A stretch of DNA of 62,035 nucleotides from an uncultured Bdellovibrionales bacterium (GTDB lineage: Bacteria > Bdellovibrionota_C > UBA2361 > SZUA-149 > CAYOZL01), in contig CAYOZL010000006.1 of the NCBI GenBank assembly GCA_964408435.1, positions 1 through 62,035 on the forward strand. The letters are read 5' to 3'. The position numbers and the translations under genes were made by a program. Below, piece by piece: positions 56,709 to 62,035 of the stretch; positions within the stretch are counted from its first letter, which is position 1, and every line of letters begins with the position of its first letter. Below the pieces are notes generated by a model. The model did no database searches, was not told where the DNA came from, and saw only the letters and a list, made by a program, of their open reading frames with translations.

Positions 56709-57743
56709 CTATACATCCCAAGTATGGCCAGAATTATAAAGTTGCTCTAGGTTGTTATCTATATTGTCTTTAAGCTTAGATTTCTCTTTTAAGTCTTTTT
56801 CTTGCTCAACATAACTTTGCTCAAAGCTAGGTCTGTCAGCTTTATAAATAATTCCAACTGGCACAGGAAATTCTGGATTTGAAAGCGTAGTTAGTATCTG
56901 CGCAAGAACTAAATTATTTTGGTCATGAATAAAAACACCTGCTTTAATAGCTTCGTCTTCATTGCCAGCTTCAAAGCCAACAACTTTAGCTTTAAAGTTT
57001 TTATCAATCACAATTCCTTTATCTTTTTCTTTCCCGAAAATTAAAGGTTTGCCATGTTCAAGATAAATTAGATTCTCAGGTCTTTTCTTCTTATCTGATA
57101 AATGCTCCCAAGCACCATCATTAAAGATGTTACAGTTCTGCATTACTTCAATAAATGCACAGCCTTTATGACTTTCTGATTCTTTAAGTAAACTGCCAAG
57201 TAATTTCGCATCAACATCTAGACATCTTGCAACAAAAGAACTTTCTGCTCCAAGTGCAAATTTTAAAGGGTTAACAGGATGATCAATTGAACCGTATGGA
57301 GTTGAACCAGTTTTCTTGCCAGTTTCAGAAGTAGGAGAGTACTGTCCTTTAGTTAGGCCGTAAATTCTATTGTTAAATAGTATTACATTTATATCAACGT
57401 TTCTTCTAAGTAGATGTAAGGCATGATTCCCCCCAATACTTAGAGCATCTCCATCTCCAGTTATCATCCAAACACTAAGTTCTGGATTTGTAACTTTAAT
57501 ACCTGTTGCAAAAGCTGGAGCTCTTCCGTGAATAGTATGGAATCCATATGTATTCATGTAGTAAGGAAATCTACTAGAACAACCAATTCCTGAGACAAAA
57601 ACAAATTTTTCTTTTGGTATCTCAAGCTCTGGTAATGTTCTTTGAACAGTTGCTAGAATTGAATAATCCCCACAACCTGGACACCACCTAACATCATTAG
57701 GTGTTTCAAAATCTTTTTTCTTTAGCTGTACTAAATTTGACAT
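56709..57743 (-). CDS. korB: 2-oxoglutarate (2-oxoacid):ferredoxin oxidoreductase, beta subunit
   Basis: 344 aa with WCPGCGDY, GIGCSSR and TPP-binding GDGD...GGNH...R motifs. Its start overlaps the korA stop by 1 nt. Confidence 0.88.
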   Translation of the reverse strand: MSNLVQLKKKDFETPNDVRWCPGCGDYSILATVQRTLPELEIPKEKFVFVSGIGCSSRFPYYMNTYGFHTIHGRAPAFATGIKVTNPELSVWMITGDGDALSIGGNHALHLLRRNVDINVILFNNRIYGLTKGQYSPTSETGKKTGSTPYGSIDHPVNPLKFALGAESSFVARCLDVDAKLLGSLLKESESHKGCAFIEVMQNCNIFNDGAWEHLSDKKKRPENLIYLEHGKPLIFGKEKDKGIVIDKNFKAKVVGFEAGNEDEAIKAGVFIHDQNNLVLAQILTTLSNPEFPVPVGIIYKADRPSFEQSYVEQEKDLKEKSKLKDNIDNNLEQLYNSGHTWDV

Positions 57744-59632
57744 TATTGAGGCCTCGCAAGTGCAATTATTTCTTTTACTAGGTTTTTAACATTAAGAGGT
57801 AGTCCCATTACTTGGTTAAAACCAATTAGATTTAGTTGCTCACCGTTTTCAGATTCGCTTTTAATTACTTTAGTAAGCTGTCCACAGTTAATTTCAGGAA
57901 CTAAGACTCTTTTAAAGCTTTTAATTATTGATTCTAAATCAGGTGGTAGCGGATTCATGTAATGAACATGAGCTCTACTTACTTCAATGCCTTCAGCTCT
58001 TGCTTTGTTAACTGCCTCAGTAATACTACCTTCAGTAGAACCCCAGCCAAGAACTAGTAGTTCACCAGTTTCCTTACCGTCTATTTGAGTTTTAGGTATT
58101 TCAGATGCAATTCTTTTAATTTTCTCAGCTCTGTAATTAGTCATTTGCTGATGGTTATCTGGGTTGTAACTAACCTCGCCAGTTACATCTTCTTTTTCTA
58201 GTCCACCAATTCTATGTTCTAAGCCTTTAGTTCCCGGTATTGCCCATGCTCTAGCTAGAGTTTTTTCATCTCTTTTATATGGCATGAATTTTTCACCACC
58301 TTCGCTATCTTTTGCTTTAGCAAAGCTAACATCAAATTTATTTAAATCTTTAGGATTAGGAATCTTCCAAGGCCCAGCACTATTACTAATAAAACCATCA
58401 GATAAAAGCATTACTGGAGTCATATATTTAACTGCAATTCTACAAGCTTCATAAGCTAGATGAAAAGCTGAGTCAGGATTTGAGACTGCAAGCACACAAG
58501 TTGGGCTCTCACCATGTCTTCCATAAATAGCTTGAAGTAAATCTGATTGTTCTGTTTTAGTTGGTAGTCCAGTTGATGGGCCACCTCTTTGAACATTTAT
58601 AACTACTAGAGGTAATTCAGTAATAGTTGCAAGTCCTAATGCTTCTCCTTTTAAAGCAATTCCTGGCCCACTTGAGCTTGTTACTGCGAGTGCTCCAGCA
58701 AAAGAAGCTCCAATTGCTGAACAAATTGCAGCAATTTCATCTTCAGCTTGAAAAGTTCTTACATTGTATTGTTTGTGTTTTGCTAGCTCATGTAAAAGCG
58801 AACTTGCAGGAGTAATAGGATAAGCACCAAAGAATAAATCTAGGCCACTTTTTTGTGCCGCAGAAACTAAGCCATATGCAAGAGCAGTAGTGCCATCAAC
58901 ATTTCTGTATTTTCCAGCTTCAACTTTTGCAGGTTGAACTACATATGTTTGAGGAAAGATTTCAGTTGCTTCAGCATAAGTCATTCCAGCTTTAAGAACA
59001 GTAGTGTTAGCTTTAATAAACTGAGGTTTTTTAGCAAATTTTTTCTCAATCCAACTAATAGTGTGCTCTGATGGTCTGTTAAACATCCAAAGCATAATCC
59101 CAAGTGTAAAAAAGTTTTTACACCTATCTATTTCTCTAGAAGTTAAACCTGAATCAGCTAAGGCGTCTTTTGTTAACTTAGTTATTGGAACTTTGAATAA
59201 TCTATAGTTTGTATCAAGTTCCGCGTCTTCTAATGGATTTTTTTCAAAATCAACTTTTGATAAATTCTTTTCTGTAAAAGAATCTTCATTAGCAATTATA
59301 ATTCCACCTTCTTTAAGATCTTTTAAATTTGCTTTTAGTGCAGCAGGATTCATTGCAACTAAAACATCTGGGCTTCCACCTGGAGTAAAAACTTGTTCAG
59401 ATGAAAAATTAATTTGAAATCCACTAACTCCTGCTAATGTTCCAGCAGGTGCTCTAATCTCAGCAGGAAAATCAGGGAAGGTCGCAATGTCGTTTCCAGC
59501 AATTGCAGATTCCATTGTAAACTGCCCACCTGTAACCTGCATTCCATCTCCTGAATCACCGGCAAATCGTATTACTACTGAAGGAAGTTCAGAACTTTCT
59601 TTATTGCTATTTTTAACTGTATTTTCTTGCAT
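57743..59632 (-). CDS. korA: 2-oxoglutarate (2-oxoacid):ferredoxin oxidoreductase, alpha subunit (fused gamma/alpha)
   Basis: 629 aa with a gamma-like N-terminus (RFAGDSGDGMQ) and an alpha domain (GAYPITPAS, GPGIALKGE, VQRGGPSTGLPTK.EQSDL). Confidence 0.88.
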   Translation of the reverse strand: MQENTVKNSNKESSELPSVVIRFAGDSGDGMQVTGGQFTMESAIAGNDIATFPDFPAEIRAPAGTLAGVSGFQINFSSEQVFTPGGSPDVLVAMNPAALKANLKDLKEGGIIIANEDSFTEKNLSKVDFEKNPLEDAELDTNYRLFKVPITKLTKDALADSGLTSREIDRCKNFFTLGIMLWMFNRPSEHTISWIEKKFAKKPQFIKANTTVLKAGMTYAEATEIFPQTYVVQPAKVEAGKYRNVDGTTALAYGLVSAAQKSGLDLFFGAYPITPASSLLHELAKHKQYNVRTFQAEDEIAAICSAIGASFAGALAVTSSSGPGIALKGEALGLATITELPLVVINVQRGGPSTGLPTKTEQSDLLQAIYGRHGESPTCVLAVSNPDSAFHLAYEACRIAVKYMTPVMLLSDGFISNSAGPWKIPNPKDLNKFDVSFAKAKDSEGGEKFMPYKRDEKTLARAWAIPGTKGLEHRIGGLEKEDVTGEVSYNPDNHQQMTNYRAEKIKRIASEIPKTQIDGKETGELLVLGWGSTEGSITEAVNKARAEGIEVSRAHVHYMNPLPPDLESIIKSFKRVLVPEINCGQLTKVIKSESENGEQLNLIGFNQVMGLPLNVKNLVKEIIALARPQ

Positions 59633-59830
59633 TTTATCCCACTATTTTAACAGCATTTTAATATCAGATAGCCTAGAAATTTCAAACTTGCTTAATTTTT
59701 AAAAATTCACTTAGCGTACCGAAAAGGTAGGAAATTTAAAAGAGTTAGCAGGTGGATAATAAATTCTTAAAAAACCTCTGAGCTTATCTTTCGAAGCTTG
59801 GCTATTTATTATGACTATGAACAATCATCA

Positions 59831-61021
59831 TTATGAACAATCATCGCATACACTATTAGCTAGAATCATTCCGCCTACTATGTTGTGAGCAAATGGCCCA
59901 ACTGAACGCATTGCTTGAACTCCACTAAGGTAAATGCCTCCACCCCAGTGCGAGTTTATGTCTAGTTTTGGCACTTCATCGTGATAAAACGGTAGCTCTG
60001 CTTTTTTACCAGCATCTATTACCCAGTTTTGTAATCTAGCAACCATCCCTGTAGCAAGAACAAGCAGCGAAGTTTCAATTTTCTCTCCACTGCGAAGTAC
60101 GATTGTCACGCTATCTTTTTCAGGTATTACGTGAGCAATATTGGTAATTCTATGCTCAAGTAGCCCTTTACTCATTAGAGTCTCAATTCTTTCTTGTTCC
60201 CAGGTGGGCATAGTGCCTCTGTCTCTTTCTGCTTTAAGTAAAAGATCTCTTTGCTCACAAGATTCCATAGAGCAAAGTTTCTCTCTTAGTTCCTTACCAA
60301 GCCAATCCATAGTCGATGTTTTTCCGCTACCGTTACTAAGCTTTCTTCTTGTAAGAAGGGTAACTTTTCTTTGCCCATCGTTAGTGAGAACTCCGCATGC
60401 TTGTCCAGACGTGATTCCTGAACCAACAACAACAGCGCTTTCACCAGATGGAAGATTGCAACCTTCAAAGTCATTATCGAAGATAGAACAAACTCTTGGA
60501 TTACTTCCTTGTAGCCTTGCTGCAAATTCTGGAATGAAAGGACGTTGCTGTCCCATTGCAAGCACGAGTTTATCAACTTCAAATTCTCCAGCAGTGGTGC
60601 GGAGCACAACTGTGTTTTGCTTCCTCTCGAACCATGTTGCCCAAGCCTTAACGTGGGCTTGCATCAGGTCATAACGCCGAACCACATCTTTTGCATGTTC
60701 TAACCATGCTCTCACAGTAGGCCGTTTGTCATCAACAAAGCTGTAATTACGTTCTCTACAGAAATTAATTAAGCTTTTTGGGTTAGGATCGAGGTGTTGT
60801 TCTTTCCCTGAGCGTAGAAACTGAGTGCCGCAGTCACGGAAATATTCTTTAAGCTTTTGAACTGGGGCATCCATGGGATCAACGAGCAAAATGTCATCAA
60901 GTTGATAATTAGCTCTTTCAATTAGGCTTGCACCTAAGTGAATTCCATGGACTCCCATTCCTACAACCCCAATTTTTTTACGAATCACTACTAGAACTCC
61001 ATCAAAATTTTTCGAAGCCAC
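59831..61021 (-). CDS. FAD/NAD(P)-binding oxidoreductase (two dinucleotide-binding motifs); specific function unknown
   Basis: 396 aa with IGVVGMGVHG near the N-terminus and a second VVVGSGITSGQ motif. The layout resembles flavin monooxygenase / pyridine-nucleotide oxidoreductase families. G+C is clearly above the window norm by eye. Confidence 0.6.
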   Translation of the reverse strand: MASKNFDGVLVVIRKKIGVVGMGVHGIHLGASLIERANYQLDDILLVDPMDAPVQKLKEYFRDCGTQFLRSGKEQHLDPNPKSLINFCRERNYSFVDDKRPTVRAWLEHAKDVVRRYDLMQAHVKAWATWFERKQNTVVLRTTAGEFEVDKLVLAMGQQRPFIPEFAARLQGSNPRVCSIFDNDFEGCNLPSGESAVVVGSGITSGQACGVLTNDGQRKVTLLTRRKLSNGSGKTSTMDWLGKELREKLCSMESCEQRDLLLKAERDRGTMPTWEQERIETLMSKGLLEHRITNIAHVIPEKDSVTIVLRSGEKIETSLLVLATGMVARLQNWVIDAGKKAELPFYHDEVPKLDINSHWGGGIYLSGVQAMRSVGPFAHNIVGGMILANSVCDDCS

Positions 61022-61395
61022 TAGGTCATTGAAGATAAAAACATTTTTTTATCCACCTAGCTTATTAGGTAAGCTAGATATCGTTTTTTAATCACTATTC
61101 AAGAGTCAAATATCAGGAGCGAATATCTTACATATAGAAGGTGGTAAATCAAATTGAGTTAAGGAGTTAAGAAAGCTAAATAAACTATATTTTATAATTA
61201 CTTATAGATATAAGCTAAATTATTGGGCTTTAAAACACAAAAATCGAGATAACATCAATATAATATCGTTTTACAGCTAGATTTAAAATAGCACTTAAAC
61301 TATACTATTTTAGTCTTATTAGTTCTTTTTAAAATATTAAAATTTAAGTAGATCGATATCTCGGTGCAAGGAGAAGTATAAACAATACATTCTCA

Positions 61396-61411
61396 TTGCA
61401 CTGTAGTGCAA
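61396..61411. promoter_or_regulatory. Palindrome TTGCAC-TGTA-GTGCAA upstream of the aldehyde dehydrogenase gene
   Basis: 6-bp perfect arms, ending about 70 nt upstream of the ATG at 61482. Confidence 0.35.
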
Positions 61412-61481
61412 AAAAGGTTGTGAATTTTTTTAACACCGAGCTACAGATCGGTCATTTTGGTTATTTGGAGAAGAAGAAGCC

Positions 61482-62035
61482 ATGGCTATTTCTAAGCGGC
61501 TACAATCGGGACTTGAAAACACAACACTCACCGGAACCAGTATGGTCGGTGGTGTCTCTCCCAGTTTCACTGATGAGTTTTCCTCATTTCAAAAAAAATC
61601 ACCAATTGATGGGGAGTTCCTAGGTGATGTTTCTTTGGCGGAAGAGGGGCAAATTGAACAAGCTCTTACGCTTGCAGAGGAAGCTTTTTGGCAAGACACG
61701 GTAGTAAAACCGATTGGTAAGGAAATGCTAGCAAGGATGCTTACCACTGTTTCTGTCAAACTCGGGGAGAAAAAAGAAGATCTCAGGCTTGCTTATGGAC
61801 TTGAGACGGCGTTACCATCAACTGAAGGCGGTCGATTCGACGGAGAGTTTGCAAGAACGTGTGGCCAACTTATACATATGGCAACACGAGTGAGGAAAGG
61901 GACGCAATTCGTTCCAGTGATCGACACGGAAACACCATTCGGAACAATTGCCAAAACAATGCAGGGCATAGGCCCGGTGCTTGTTTTGGGAGCAATCAAT
62001 TTCCCTCTTGCATTCTCAACTGCCGGCGGAGACTT
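61482..62035 (+). CDS. Aldehyde dehydrogenase family protein (2,5-dioxovalerate/KGSADH-like), 3'-truncated by the window end
   Basis: Hand-translated open frame from ATG 61482 to the window end: MAISKRLQSG...GPVLVLGAINFPLAFSTAGGD. The GA(I/S)NFPLAFS.AGGD block is typical of the NADP-dependent KGSADH-like ALDH subgroup. Not in the ORF track because no stop is reached. Confidence 0.7.
   Translation, partial: MAISKRLQSGLENTTLTGTSMVGGVSPSFTDEFSSFQKKSPIDGEFLGDVSLAEEGQIEQALTLAEEAFWQDTVVKPIGKEMLARMLTTVSVKLGEKKEDLRLAYGLETALPSTEGGRFDGEFARTCGQLIHMATRVRKGTQFVPVIDTETPFGTIAKTMQGIGPVLVLGAINFPLAFSTAGGD

Noticed and set aside
60141-60674. 177-aa plus-strand ORF (and 60286-60609 minus-strand ORF) inside the FAD oxidoreductase gene
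   Set aside because: These are antisense or out-of-frame with respect to a motif-bearing 396-aa CDS. Their Ser/Leu/Pro-rich low-complexity translations are typical of shadow ORFs in locally G+C-richer DNA.
61049-61057. DnaA-box-like 9-mer TTATCCACC
   Set aside because: It is a single near-consensus copy with one mismatch, with no cluster, no AT-rich unwinding element pattern and no replication genes. It is most likely a chance occurrence.
61396-61999. ORF-track entries 61396-61623 (+) and 61793-61999 (-)
   Set aside because: Both conflict with the open frame starting at 61482, whose translation carries clear aldehyde dehydrogenase motifs. Their own translations show no motifs.
1-62035. Mobile genetic element, prophage or classical defence island (restriction-modification, toxin-antitoxin, Cas, retron, abortive infection) anywhere in the window
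   Set aside because: No transposase, integrase, recombinase, reverse transcriptase, methyltransferase, phage structural gene or tRNA attachment site was recognisable. The only foreign-looking segments are the kinase gene at 44.6 kb and the 59.8-62.0 kb block, which are reported as findings.

Overview
This is an AT-rich 62-kb chromosomal segment from a Gram-negative, LPS-making bacterium. The low G+C is judged by eye, not computed. Taxon is not assignable from this window alone. It is densely packed with about 50 CDS, mostly housekeeping genes in short, often translationally coupled operons. These include pilT-pilU, mfd, a SurA-like chaperone, phosphomannomutase, ychJ, a DcyD-family enzyme, topA, crotonase-pyrD, giant NAD-glutamate dehydrogenase, asmA, lpxB-msbA-waaA, rpoZ-spoT, pssA, plsB, a MATE pump, prfC, ettA, phrB, proC, apaG and korAB. 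I recognised no rRNA, tRNA, CRISPR array, transposase, integrase or phage gene. No classical multi-gene novel system is evident. The loci most worth a second look are listed here in window order. (1) A tandem pair of PEP-CTERM sorting-signal genes share identical terminators, a fixed-distance upstream motif and TACAG repeats phased at exactly 10 bp. (2) A Cas4-like 4-Cys PD-(D/E)XK protein is interrupted by two transmembrane helices and is coupled to the giant GDH gene. (3) A structured non-coding region near 39.0 kb has back-to-back terminators, one of which has no gene to terminate (sRNA candidate). (4) A long inverted array of degenerate TCTTAG-type hexanucleotide repeats fills the ettA/kinase intergenic region at 44.40-44.59 kb, and the same hexamer recurs at the window start. 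(5) Immediately next to that array is a eukaryote-type short adenylate/UMP-CMP kinase with an unrecognised ~125-aa N-terminal domain and raised G+C, a likely inter-domain transfer. (6) Two exact 18-bp palindrome-containing operators lie 105 bp apart between a divergent pair of unknown genes. (7) A compositionally distinct block at 59.8-62.0 kb carries an FAD oxidoreductase and an aldehyde dehydrogenase. All functional calls come from motif recognition by eye. No database search was run.
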